In this document: one piece after another, positions 1 to 9,191 of the stretch
Numbering within the stretch: the first letter of the stretch is position 1
Layout of the letters: each line of letters begins with the position of its first letter
Assembly: GCA_013289265.1 (NCBI GenBank)
Contig: JABDAH010000002.1
Coordinates: 8,581 to 72,580 of the forward strand
Source: Alphaproteobacteria bacterium
GTDB taxonomy: Bacteria > Pseudomonadota > Alphaproteobacteria > UBA9219
DNA: 64,000 bases
Reading direction: 5' to 3'
Made by a program: the position numbers and the translations under genes
The notes under the pieces: generated by a model
Database searches by the model: none
Seen by the model: the letters and a program-made list of their open reading frames with translations, nothing else
What the model was told of the DNA's origin: nothing

Positions 1-2
1 AT

Positions 3-251
3 TTAGCTGACGAAATTTCTGCGGCTACAGTATATTCGAAAAAAAACAAGAAAAGGCCTGGAACAGACTCTGCGCATCTCGATTGGTTAATGCGGCAAAT
101 TGACGCTATCCTTTATCGCTATACCGAAGCGAATCTCAGCCGCCGCAAACCTCAACTAGATTATGCCATAGCTGTTTGTGCCGTCGCAGATCCTAAAATC
201 AAGAATGGAAGCATTGAAGCGGCCATTAAACGGCGCATCAAAATTCGCTAG
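3..251 (+). CDS. C-terminal fragment of a hypothetical protein entering from upstream of the window
   Basis: Frame 3 is open from the window edge to TAG at 249-251 (..LDWLMRQIDAILYRYTEANL..IKIR*). No motif recognised. The start lies outside the window. Confidence 0.3.
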   Translation, partial: LADEISAATVYSKKNKKRPGTDSAHLDWLMRQIDAILYRYTEANLSRRKPQLDYAIAVCAVADPKIKNGSIEAAIKRRIKIR

Positions 252-381
252 GAAACAAAAATAAAATCACTCTTGGATAATTGGGCCGAAATAAATCTGC
301 TAATTATCCGCAGTCATCGCGTGTCTCGATTAAAATTTTGTGGTGGTTTGCTTGTGTGCAACCCAAGCCATAGAGAGACAA

Positions 382-1668
382 ATGTCGCATTCACTCCATA
401 CAGCTAAAAAGGTGTACATGATGGGGGTTTCATCGCTGAAACCTAATCCATGCAACCCGCGCCTGCATTCCAAAAAGCAGATCAAACAAATCGCCAATAG
501 CATAAAGAGCTTTGGATTTAACGTCCCCGTCCTTGTTGATTGCACAGACCAACTAATTGCTGGGCATGGGCGTGTCGAAGCAGCAAAGCTTTTAGGAATG
601 ACAGAAATTCCGGTCATCCGCATCGAACACCTCACCGAAGCTCAGGCCAAGGCTTTTGCAATTGCCGACAATCGTTTGACTGAAAATTCTGTCTGGGACG
701 ACTGGTTGCTGGCACAACAACTTAAAGAGCTTTCGGAAATTAATCTTTCATTCACCCTTGATGCTACTGGCTTTACAATGGATGAGATCGATCTACGAAT
801 CGAAAGCCTGTCTGGGCCAATAGAAAAATGTGATCCTGCAGACCAAGTTACGGATATCGGCGGTCCTGCAGTTAGCCAATTCGGTGATCTATGGCAGATG
901 GGAGAGCACCGCCTGTTATGTGGTGATGCGACGAATGGGGCAGATGTGGGTCGCGTTATGAATAGCAAATGTTCAGCCATGGCATTTACCGATCCGCCCT
1001 ACAATGTTGACTATGGCAATAGCGACAAAAATAAGATGCGTAACGTTCATCGCCCGATCCTCAACGACAATATCGGAGATGATTTTGACACTTTCCTGCT
1101 ATCGGCTTGCACCAATATTCTTTCAGTAACAGATGGTGCCATTTACATCTGCATGTCATCGAGCGCACTCCATACCTTACAGGGGGCTTTTAGCAAAGCA
1201 GGCGGTCATTGGTCGACCTTTATAATCTGGGCAAAGAACACATTTACTCTCGGTCGTGCCGATTATCAGCGTCAATATGAGCCCATACTTTATGGCTGGC
1301 GCGAGGGGAATGACCGTTACTGGTGTGGTGATCGCAGTCAGGGAGATGTCTGGCTAATTGATAAGCCGGCAAAAAATGACCTCCACCCAACCATGAAGCC
1401 TATCGAACTTGTAATGCGCGCTCTGCGTAATAGCAGTGAGCGCGGCGACCTCGTGCTGGATAGCTTTATGGGTAGCGGCAGCACTTTAATTGCAGCTGAA
1501 CGTACAGGTCGTATTTGTTATGGCCTCGAGCTTGATCCTCTTTATGTCGACGTCGCCGTCCGCCGTTGGCAGGGGCACACAGGCGAAAAAGCAATCCATA
1601 CGGGCACCGGCAAATGTTTCGACGACATAGCTAAAGAAATGGAGGTACGCCATGCCGGAGAGCTGTGA
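382..1668 (+). CDS. ParB-like nuclease domain fused to a DNA methyltransferase (N6-adenine or N4-cytosine, PF01555-like)
   Basis: N-terminal ParB-like region (SLKPNPCNPRLHSKKQIKQIANSIKSFGFNVPVLVD..GHGRVEAAKLLG). Catalytic DPPY motif (FTDPPYNVDYG). C-terminal SAM-binding motif (DSFMGSGST). ATG at 382 is preferred over the GTG at 340 used by the track. Confidence 0.85.
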   Translation: MSHSLHTAKKVYMMGVSSLKPNPCNPRLHSKKQIKQIANSIKSFGFNVPVLVDCTDQLIAGHGRVEAAKLLGMTEIPVIRIEHLTEAQAKAFAIADNRLTENSVWDDWLLAQQLKELSEINLSFTLDATGFTMDEIDLRIESLSGPIEKCDPADQVTDIGGPAVSQFGDLWQMGEHRLLCGDATNGADVGRVMNSKCSAMAFTDPPYNVDYGNSDKNKMRNVHRPILNDNIGDDFDTFLLSACTNILSVTDGAIYICMSSSALHTLQGAFSKAGGHWSTFIIWAKNTFTLGRADYQRQYEPILYGWREGNDRYWCGDRSQGDVWLIDKPAKNDLHPTMKPIELVMRALRNSSERGDLVLDSFMGSGSTLIAAERTGRICYGLELDPLYVDVAVRRWQGHTGEKAIHTGTGKCFDDIAKEMEVRHAGEL

Positions 1669-2131
1669 GAAAAGCACATCATATACAGTTGGCTATCGCA
1701 AACCACCCAAAGCAACCCAATTTAAGTCAGGACAATCTGGCAATACCAAAGGACGACCCAAAGGATCCAAGAACTTTGCCGCCGTGATCAATAAGGAGCT
1801 CAATTCAAAAATTCCCATTACCGAGAATGGAAATCGCAAACAGATTACAAAACGCGAGGCTATTGCAAAGCAACTGGTCAATAAGGCCGCAGGAGGTGAT
1901 CCTAAAGCAATGCCGCTTCTTTTGAATGAAACACGTTTTCATGGAAGCTTTTCCGCCCCAGACTCAATGCAGCATGAAGCTATAAGCCCAGAAGATCAGT
2001 TGGTTATGAACAGCATCATGAAACGCTGGCAACAGATGGAAAGCGCGAAGCCTGCTCAAACCTCCCCCGCGCCAGAAGCGAGTGATCATAAAGAGATTGA
2101 GCCACCAGCGGTGAACAAGGAGCATCAATGA
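1652..2131 (+). CDS. DUF5681-type protein, probable terminase small subunit
   Basis: Signature GYRKPPKATQFKSGQSGNTKGRPKGSKN. It overlaps the upstream gene by 17 nt and overlaps the TerL start as ATGA, which is the position of TerS. Confidence 0.65.
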   Translation: MPESCEKSTSYTVGYRKPPKATQFKSGQSGNTKGRPKGSKNFAAVINKELNSKIPITENGNRKQITKREAIAKQLVNKAAGGDPKAMPLLLNETRFHGSFSAPDSMQHEAISPEDQLVMNSIMKRWQQMESAKPAQTSPAPEASDHKEIEPPAVNKEHQ

Positions 2132-3714
2132 CATTTATGTTATCAGAATATCAATATGTCCTAAAGAACGACTTTACTGGATTTGTTGAGAGAGCTTTCT
2201 ATGAATTAAATCCTCAAACTCAGTTACTAATCGGGGATTACATTGAAGTCATAACCAGTAAACTGGAAGCATGTCGCCGCGGTGAAATAAAACGCCTGAT
2301 CATCAACTTGCCACCGCGCTATCTGAAGTCACATTGCGCATCAATTGCTTTTGTTGCTTGGTTACTAGGACATGATCCAGGCAAACACATTATATGTGCG
2401 AGTTATGGACAGGACCTCGCCGATAAACTGGCCCGCGATTGTCGCACCGTCATTAATAGCGCGTGGTACATGAACTTATTTTCGACGCGGCTTGCACCAG
2501 ATCGGCGAGCTGTCAATGATTTCACAACCACAGCCCAAGGAACACGCATGGCCACTTCCGTGGGTGGCGTGCTAACGGGGCGCGGGGGTGATTACCTAAT
2601 CATTGATGACCCGCTTAAACCCGAGGAAGCCCTTTCCGAGACACGTCGCAAAGCCGTCAACGAGTGGTATGATAACACCCTCCTTAGCCGCCTTAATGAT
2701 AAAACCAAAGGCTGCATCATTATTATCATGCAGCGCCTCCATCAAGACGATCTCGTCGGTCACGTTCTAGAACAGGAGAACTGGGAGGTACTGTCATTTC
2801 CAGCCATTGCTGAAGACGACGAGACTCATGTCATTCAAAATTCCTTTGGTAAAAGGTATTTTAATCGTCCCAAAGGGACGGTCCTTCATCCAGAGAGGGA
2901 ATCCATAACAACGCTCATGAATATGCGGCGGACCATTGGGGAATATAACTTTACGAGCCAGTACCAACAAAATCCGTCACCACCCGGTGGAGCTATGGTG
3001 AAATCCGAATGGCTGAAGTATTACGTTCCTGGCGAAGAACCGCCAGAGTTTGAGCAAATCGTACAAAGTTGGGATACGGCGAATAAGTCCACAGAATTGA
3101 GCGACTTTAGCGTTTGCACGACATGGGGCATAAAAAATAATACGTTTTATCTGCTCCATGTATTTCGGAAGCGCCTGAATTATCCGGAACTTAAGTATAC
3201 GGTAAAAGAATTGGCCTCGCTCTATTCAGCCAGCACCGTTCTAATCGAAGACAAAGCTTCCGGTACTCAGCTTATTCAGGAATTAGTTTTAGAAAACATG
3301 CATAGCGTTAAAGGTTATGAACCGTCTGGTGGTGACAAAATCATGCGGCTGCATGCGCAAACAGCCACCATCGAAAATGGCTGTATGCTTTTACCCAAAG
3401 CAGCACCGTGGCTGGCAGACTATGTTCGGGAACTCACCAGCTTTCCTGGCGTTAAATATGACGATCAAGTCGACTCCACAGCACAGGCCCTAGCGTGGCT
3501 CAAAGTCCCCCAGCCCTATGCAGGAATATTTGGGTATTATAGAAATAGAATAGAGAAAACACATGGCAAGCCAGTTCGGAACATAAAGATCAAGGTCGCA
3601 TCCGATGTGAAGTATATTTACGTTCCGGGACGTCATCTTGTAGTAGGTGCTGATCAGACTGTTTTAGTATCATCCGATGAGCAAGAATATTTGCAAAAAC
3701 GAATGCGTGCCTAA
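2128..3714 (+). CDS. Phage terminase large subunit
   Basis: ATPase region (LIINLPPRYLKSH.., Walker-B-like DYLIIDDP, IIIMQRLHQDD). C-terminal nuclease region ending in YDDQVDSTAQALAW. 528 aa. Confidence 0.85.
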   Translation: MTFMLSEYQYVLKNDFTGFVERAFYELNPQTQLLIGDYIEVITSKLEACRRGEIKRLIINLPPRYLKSHCASIAFVAWLLGHDPGKHIICASYGQDLADKLARDCRTVINSAWYMNLFSTRLAPDRRAVNDFTTTAQGTRMATSVGGVLTGRGGDYLIIDDPLKPEEALSETRRKAVNEWYDNTLLSRLNDKTKGCIIIIMQRLHQDDLVGHVLEQENWEVLSFPAIAEDDETHVIQNSFGKRYFNRPKGTVLHPERESITTLMNMRRTIGEYNFTSQYQQNPSPPGGAMVKSEWLKYYVPGEEPPEFEQIVQSWDTANKSTELSDFSVCTTWGIKNNTFYLLHVFRKRLNYPELKYTVKELASLYSASTVLIEDKASGTQLIQELVLENMHSVKGYEPSGGDKIMRLHAQTATIENGCMLLPKAAPWLADYVRELTSFPGVKYDDQVDSTAQALAWLKVPQPYAGIFGYYRNRIEKTHGKPVRNIKIKVASDVKYIYVPGRHLVVGADQTVLVSSDEQEYLQKRMRA

Positions 3715-3823
3715 AGCGTTTCTTTATAGGTTAGGCCGCTGCATAGGTGAGCCTGCCATCATGCAATAAAGCGACGCCTATTTGTTCCAGAACGACAAGA
3801 TGACAGCAATATCTATCTATTTT

Positions 3824-4234
3824 TTATTCGACGGCTCGCACATCTTGCCGTGGCTGTGACAAGCTTTCGAGGTTATGCCCTGATCCGCTTGATCCTTGGG
3901 ATGCTGTATAGTTTTTCAAAATTCCATTTTGATCAAAATTTAGCATGACCATCGTGTGTTCGCTATCGGCCCCACCAACGAAAGCGCCCACAATGGGAAT
4001 AAAATTTTCAGGATGTGACTGCACACCAACATAGGAATACATCACCATGCGAGTACCATCAGGCAAAATGGTATCGCTTGTCGGATTACCAAAATTCCTG
4101 CGAGCTTCTGCATAGGTGGTTTTGCCCTTCTGGAGGGCTTCCACCTTGGATTGATCAATTTTGACACCAGATGACACACATGCTGCCAAGCTAATGTTTA
4201 TTACTAACGCTAGAATTTTTGCTATTTTGCGCAC
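3824..4234 (-). CDS. Small lipoprotein, possibly BamE/SmpA_OmlA-like
   Basis: GTG at 4234 lies 6 nt after AGGAG. Signal peptide with lipobox (VRKIAKILALVINISLAAC|VSSG). The longer track ORF (to 4498) would overlap the XRE gene and is rejected. Confidence 0.6.
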   Translation of the reverse strand: MRKIAKILALVINISLAACVSSGVKIDQSKVEALQKGKTTYAEARRNFGNPTSDTILPDGTRMVMYSYVGVQSHPENFIPIVGAFVGGADSEHTMVMLNFDQNGILKNYTASQGSSGSGHNLESLSQPRQDVRAVE

Positions 4235-4397
4235 GATCAACTCCTGAAAAAAATTACAAGGTGGCAGCCAGAGAAATAATCCGCCAGAAGCCACGTGACT
4301 TATAGGATGCATGAATCCATAGATGTCGAATAAACTCAAGCAAAATTGAGACTCATAGGCTGTAGACCAATAAGCAGCAAAATTATCTGCTGTGGCC

Positions 4398-4613
4398 ATG
4401 GATATTCGGCGACAAGTAGGGCTAAATGTGCAGAAACTGCGTGAAAAGCGCGGTTGGTCCCAGGAAGAGCTCGCCTTTGAAGCTGCCCTACACCGCACCT
4501 ACATTTCGGGCGTAGAACGAGGCGTTAGAAATCCAACAGTTGCGGTCCTTCAGAAAATTGCCACCGCTCTTGATGTACAACCGAGCCGCTTGCTCGATAT
4601 GATAAAAAGCTAG
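4398..4613 (+). CDS. XRE-family helix-turn-helix transcriptional regulator
   Basis: Typical HTH_3 sequence (LREKRGWSQEELAFEAALHRTYISGVERGVRNPTVAVLQKIATAL). ATG at 4398; an alternative GTG lies at 4392. Confidence 0.8.
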   Translation: MDIRRQVGLNVQKLREKRGWSQEELAFEAALHRTYISGVERGVRNPTVAVLQKIATALDVQPSRLLDMIKS

Positions 4614-4718
4614 CAAACAAAGCCACAAAATGATCCCGAATTGACTGGATACCATTCCTGAACTGAGCGCTGCTGTGGGTATTACCGTATATACGGCTGA
4701 TTTACACAGGGGCTTAGA

Positions 4719-5153
4719 ATGGATCTTGATGAGCGGATTGCCGAACTTCAGACATTACGGCGGGAGAAACTGCTGCAGGAATGGGAAAAATTATGGAAGC
4801 GCACACCACCCAAATATATCAGCCGCGTGCTCCTGATCCGCAGCATCGCCTATAAACTACAGGAACAAATATATGGTGGCCTATCACCCACCTGCCAAAA
4901 GGCATTGAATGCACTTATAAAATCTGCACAGAAAACCAGTAATAAGACGACCAAACCCAAAAACAATATAAAGTCCGGCACCCGACTGATCCGCGAATGG
5001 AAAGGCGAGCTGCATGAAGTGATAGTCATTGCTGATGGCTATACCCACAAAGGCAAGTTCTATAAAAGCCTGTCACAGATCGCACGCAATATCACGGGTT
5101 CGCGCTGGAACGGCCCGGCCTTTTTTGGCCTCCGCGCAGGTAAAAAACCATGA
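4719..5153 (+). CDS. DUF2924 domain protein (usual partner of large serine recombinases)
   Basis: C-terminal signature (LIREWKGELHEVIVIADGYTHKGKFYKSLSQIARNITGSRWNGPAFFGL). Its stop overlaps the recombinase start (ATGA at 5150-5153). Confidence 0.7.
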   Translation: MDLDERIAELQTLRREKLLQEWEKLWKRTPPKYISRVLLIRSIAYKLQEQIYGGLSPTCQKALNALIKSAQKTSNKTTKPKNNIKSGTRLIREWKGELHEVIVIADGYTHKGKFYKSLSQIARNITGSRWNGPAFFGLRAGKKP

Positions 5154-6787
5154 AAAATTATCTCAATTGCGTCATCTATACTCGCAAATCTTCCGAAGAA
5201 GGACTGGAGCAAGAATTTAACTCACTCGATGCTCAGCGCGAAGCTTGCGAGGCTTATATCGCCAGCCAGAAGCACGAAGGGTGGAAAGCCATAGCTACAA
5301 AATATGATGATGGTGGTTTCTCCGGCGGCAATATGGATCGCCCTGCCCTCCAACGCCTGCTTACCGATATAGAAGCTGAGAAAATAAACACTGTGGTTTG
5401 CTATAAGGTTGATCGCCTTAGCCGGTCGCTGGCTGACTTTGTGAAGATGGTTGAACGGTTTGATAAAAAGAGCGTTTCATTTGTCTCGGTCACGCAGCAA
5501 TTTAACACAACAACCTCGATGGGACGTCTTACTCTGAATGTATTGTTGTCATTCGCCCAATTTGAACGCGAAGTCACCAGCGAGCGCATACGCGACAAAA
5601 TCTCTGCATCCAAGAAAAAGGGTATGTGGATGGGCGGAGTAACGCCACTAGGCTATGATGTAATCGGCAAAAAACTGATCGTGAATAAGGAAGAAGCCAA
5701 GACCGCAAAGTTTCTATTTGAGACCTATCTCAGGCTTGGCAATGTCAGGTTACTCAAGGAGGAACTGGACCGGCTTAACATCCGCACCAAGACTCGTAGC
5801 AACCAGAAAGGCAAATATGCCGGAGGCGCTAAATTCTCACGCGGTGCGCTTTACAAGATACTGATTAGTCCCGTCTATAAGGGCATGGTCTCCCATAAGG
5901 GCAAGATTTATCCCGGCGAACATGAACCTGTCATCTCTCCTGTGCTTTGGCAACAGGTTCAGGACAAACTCCAAGTCAATATGAAAGGTCACAAATCCGG
6001 TCATGGCACGAAGAACCCATGCCTACTAACAGGGCTCATATATGACAGCACCGGCAATCGGTTCAGCCCAACGCGCGCCAAGAGAAATGGCAAGCATTAT
6101 CGCTATTATATCAGTCAAGCGCTCCTCCAATACCGATCCGACCAAAAACCACAGGTCGGGCGCATCCCAGCAGATGAGATTGAGAAACTTGTTCAAAATG
6201 AAATCATTGGGTTACTGACTGATAACATGAAAATTACAGAGGCTCTCGGTATTGATTCAACAGACATAAGAGCATCCGAAACAGCTTCAGAGAAAGCAAA
6301 ACAGCTTGGCAATAAGCTCAAAAAATCTACTGAGCAATATGGTGACTTGCTCCGGAGCTTATTGGTCCGGGTCACAGTTGCTGCAGACGAAATAACTATT
6401 TTGCTCAATCGTACTGCCGTGATCGCTTACACCTCTAGCGATCACGGGTTCTTTAACATTGGTACACATGATGACAATCCACATAACCCTATTACCCTAA
6501 CCCTAAATGCGCGCCTACTGCGATGTGGAGTAGAAAAACGAATTATCGTCCCTGATGATGGCCAAGCCAGTGCTGCAGCGAGCAGAGATGGCGAGTCACT
6601 TAAATCGGCCATAGCCAAAGGGCATCTATGGCGAGACCAGTTTTTTAATGGAAGATTCCCAACTCTTGAAGCAATAGCAAAAGATAATGGGTTGTCTGTG
6701 AGTTATATAAGTAAAATGATTGATCTATCGTTTCTGCCACCTCAAAGAGTCACTGAGATCTTGTTTGATTTTTCGGAATACATCTAG
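5150..6787 (+). CDS. Large serine recombinase (resolvase/invertase N-terminal domain plus recombinase domain)
   Basis: N-terminal catalytic-serine region (CVIYTRKSSEEGLEQEFNSLDAQREACEAYI), VVCYKVDRLSRSL, and a recombinase-domain region (GGVTPLGYD..). 545 aa. Confidence 0.9.
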   Translation: MKNYLNCVIYTRKSSEEGLEQEFNSLDAQREACEAYIASQKHEGWKAIATKYDDGGFSGGNMDRPALQRLLTDIEAEKINTVVCYKVDRLSRSLADFVKMVERFDKKSVSFVSVTQQFNTTTSMGRLTLNVLLSFAQFEREVTSERIRDKISASKKKGMWMGGVTPLGYDVIGKKLIVNKEEAKTAKFLFETYLRLGNVRLLKEELDRLNIRTKTRSNQKGKYAGGAKFSRGALYKILISPVYKGMVSHKGKIYPGEHEPVISPVLWQQVQDKLQVNMKGHKSGHGTKNPCLLTGLIYDSTGNRFSPTRAKRNGKHYRYYISQALLQYRSDQKPQVGRIPADEIEKLVQNEIIGLLTDNMKITEALGIDSTDIRASETASEKAKQLGNKLKKSTEQYGDLLRSLLVRVTVAADEITILLNRTAVIAYTSSDHGFFNIGTHDDNPHNPITLTLNARLLRCGVEKRIIVPDDGQASAAASRDGESLKSAIAKGHLWRDQFFNGRFPTLEAIAKDNGLSVSYISKMIDLSFLPPQRVTEILFDFSEYI

Positions 6788-6788
6788 A

Positions 6789-8030
6789 TCAGTCTTTGAA
6801 AGGATTGCCGCTGTCAACCGTCGGGCTTGGAAACTTCGCTGCAGGGTTTCTGATCATGGATACTAAGGCGCTAACGTTTGATATTTCCGGGCCGGGTTTT
6901 ATAAAGATCTCCGGCGAGGGCAAAACACTAAATGCAACCGCATTCACATGGGGGCGTCTTGGGGGTCCTTCAAACAGATTTTCCGCAATCTTCTGTGTGC
7001 CAACGCCGGGCATAGTATGGAGTTCTTTCAGGGCATCTTCAGGCATGTCAGCAATCTGAATTGCGACTAGTGATGGTCTTTGGTGGCTAAATTGCCTGCC
7101 AGCAGTTGCTGCTTTCTCAGAAATAAATTCTAGAACGGTATCAGGCGTCGTGCTTTCAAACACAGTGCAGATAATATTCCTCGATACTTTCTGCGCGTGC
7201 AACAGGACATGCTTGCCTAATCCTCCGACCTTTTGGCCGACAAATTTTTTAACATCTACTTCTTTAGTAATTTCTGGCGGCAATACGAATTCAGGCTTTA
7301 CCTCTAGTGTTAACTCGAAATCAGCGCGAGCAATAAACGGCTCACCATGCAAAGCTTTGGGAATAGCAGCATACAAGCTGCTTAATGCATCACCCGAAAG
7401 GTGGCTCAACCGATTTTTGATTTTGATGGTAAGAATGCGTGAGGAAAGATCATGAAGCCCTGTTACGATGGACCTGACATGCTCCCCTACGGTGCAAACG
7501 CCTTTTTGATCTATCAAACGTCCTGCATCCGCCGAGATCGTCTTACATTCGACCTCAAGCTCTTCTCCGTCCTTTGAAACAATAAATTCAAAATTGCCCT
7601 GGTTTTCCAGATCGACAAAGTTGACATCGCAGCCCTTACCAAGGAAATGTCCGGCGGCAGTCATTTCAAATTCCAATGGCCGCATACCGTAGGCTTGCCC
7701 GAATGTGCCATCTAAGGCTTCAGTCAATTTTTTCTTTCCGGCCGCTGATAACCCTTGATAAATGCGCACCAACGTAACGATGAAATTTATAGGCCCGCTA
7801 AACGTTGAGTGGAGTGGTATTGGCTGGCCCGGCACAAATTCACGCATTAATCGCACGAGAGCATATTCTAGCTTGAATGTGTTCCTGTAATACTCTGCCA
7901 ATAATGGGTGATCTTTTCCTGCCGCTTCGAACCCATTAACCTTGCGTTCGAGCCTGTCGGTCAAAAAGTATTTGAACCACACTATCGCCAAGGCAACTTC
8001 ACCGGCATCGACATTGCGTGAATATTTCAC
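6789..8030 (-). CDS. Hypothetical 413-aa protein with a possible PD-(D/E)xK nuclease motif
   Basis: GTG start lies 4 nt after the stop of the upstream gene, so the two form an operon. Motif pattern E120..D140..E161-x-K163 (GCDVNFVDLENQGNFEFIVSKDGEELEVECKT, nt ~7540-7615). No family recognised by eye. Confidence 0.45.
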   Translation of the reverse strand: MKYSRNVDAGEVALAIVWFKYFLTDRLERKVNGFEAAGKDHPLLAEYYRNTFKLEYALVRLMREFVPGQPIPLHSTFSGPINFIVTLVRIYQGLSAAGKKKLTEALDGTFGQAYGMRPLEFEMTAAGHFLGKGCDVNFVDLENQGNFEFIVSKDGEELEVECKTISADAGRLIDQKGVCTVGEHVRSIVTGLHDLSSRILTIKIKNRLSHLSGDALSSLYAAIPKALHGEPFIARADFELTLEVKPEFVLPPEITKEVDVKKFVGQKVGGLGKHVLLHAQKVSRNIICTVFESTTPDTVLEFISEKAATAGRQFSHQRPSLVAIQIADMPEDALKELHTMPGVGTQKIAENLFEGPPRRPHVNAVAFSVLPSPEIFIKPGPEISNVSALVSMIRNPAAKFPSPTVDSGNPFKD

Positions 8031-8034
8031 GATA

Positions 8035-8784
8035 TCACGGCTTTGCAGTACGAGCGTCGACGATACCTAGAAGGTGTGTGGCCAAGATGATTTGTTCCTT
8101 TGCCTCGCGCGGATCGGTTAAATTCACGGTACGATGAGAGTGTGGATTTTTATAGGAACCTATGGCACCGGCAAAAAGCTGCATCAATGCATCTTGCTCT
8201 GATACAGGCACTGATTTATCTGCCAACGGTCCGGAACTTGGCCGAAAAGCATCTCTCATTAAATTAACGCCAAGATCCGTATCTTTAAAGCCACCAGCCT
8301 TTCTCACTGCGATTTCTACCGCTTTAAAAGCAGCGAACACAGCTTCATCCAAATCATTGCCGACAAAGGCTTTCCAAACTTTGTCGGCGATGGATGGGTG
8401 AATCATGGATTTAGGAAAATCCGTCAATTCACGTAGTCGAGCAAAATCTTGCTGGCCCGCTGCTTCCTCACCAAGTTTAGTCAACATCTTCCAACCGTTC
8501 CGACCATTTATGTCTGCAGCTGGAACGATGTATTGGTGATGACTTAGCCATGCCCACACTTCGGCCAAATGCCTACTGATTTGATCCCTGTAATTCATCG
8601 GGTACGTTGACTTTACGGGTACGATAGGCTCATGCCCAAGCGCAACATTATTGACTGCATCTGGTATAAACATATTGTTTTGTATCATATTTTTCGCGAA
8701 CCGCAGCATGATGGGCGCGATGTCTGCTGGATCCGCCGTCAGAAAATCGTTGGCGTTAGGATAGAATGTAAGAAGCGTGTCCAT
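8035..8784 (-). CDS. TIGR02391 / Hypoth_Ymh-like protein with an unknown N-terminal domain
   Basis: The C-terminal half (DEAVFAAFKAVEIAVRKAGG..LMQLFAGAIGSYKNPHSHR..ILATHLLGIVD) matches my recollection of the TIGR02391/PF09509 family. 249 aa. Confidence 0.6.
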   Translation of the reverse strand: MDTLLTFYPNANDFLTADPADIAPIMLRFAKNMIQNNMFIPDAVNNVALGHEPIVPVKSTYPMNYRDQISRHLAEVWAWLSHHQYIVPAADINGRNGWKMLTKLGEEAAGQQDFARLRELTDFPKSMIHPSIADKVWKAFVGNDLDEAVFAAFKAVEIAVRKAGGFKDTDLGVNLMRDAFRPSSGPLADKSVPVSEQDALMQLFAGAIGSYKNPHSHRTVNLTDPREAKEQIILATHLLGIVDARTAKP

Positions 8785-8958
8785 TTTAGCCCTTTAATTG
8801 TATCAAGGGCCACTCTTCCAGCCCGATTAATCGACCATACCGTAGCAAAAAACACTTTATTTGTCAGGGGTAACATTGAGGGGCCGCAACCCAAGGGCGG
8901 CCTTCAAGTACAATTCTCTAGTTTAGTTTGTGGGAACATGGCCAACGCTTGCTGTTGT

Positions 8959-9191
8959 CCATTCTCTCCAGTCGAGTTTGGCAAATCCTTAGTCCTCAAA
9001 CTCAACTACGCTTTTGCAAACAGAGAATTTCGTCGTCATCAATGTTGATTTTGGGCACATGGAAATAATCGGAGAAAATGGTTTGGTGTGAATGTGCCTA
9101 AATCCCCCGCAATGAGGGCATAATGGCAGCCCATTCTCTGAAAGCCATTAAGTCCGAAGACTTAATGGCGGGGAGAATGAGATTCGAACTC
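8959..9191. repeat. Copy A of a 233-bp imperfect direct repeat (tRNA-Ser 3' fragment plus about 207 bp of tRNA-downstream flank)
   Basis: Collinear with 12809-13041 at a constant offset of 3850 bp. Long identical blocks include aaatcccccgcaatgagggcata, ttctccagtcgagtttgg and gagattcgaactc. Similarity stops abruptly at 9191/13041. Confidence 0.85.
9166..9191 (-). pseudogene. Displaced 3' fragment of a tRNA-Ser gene (att-like core)
   Basis: tggcggggagaatgagattcgaactc matches the 3' 26 nt of tRNA-Ser at 13016-13041 at 22 of 26 positions (T-loop, acceptor 3' strand, CCA). No 5' part of a tRNA follows. Confidence 0.75.

Larger units (their letters stand above)
1..8784. mobile_element. Prophage-like remnant or satellite-like element. 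It has a packaging module, a serine-recombinase integration module and a two-gene cargo. The left end lies outside the window.
   Basis: Gene content is ParB-MTase, DUF5681/TerS-like, TerL, XRE, DUF2924, large serine recombinase. Intergenic regions are AT-rich. It ends next to a tRNA-Ser 3' fragment. No portal, capsid or tail genes are present. Confidence 0.6.

Noticed and set aside
8632-9048. 138-aa plus-strand ORF
   Set aside because: It is antisense to the 5' end of the TIGR02391-like gene and runs into repeat copy A. No ribosome-binding site.
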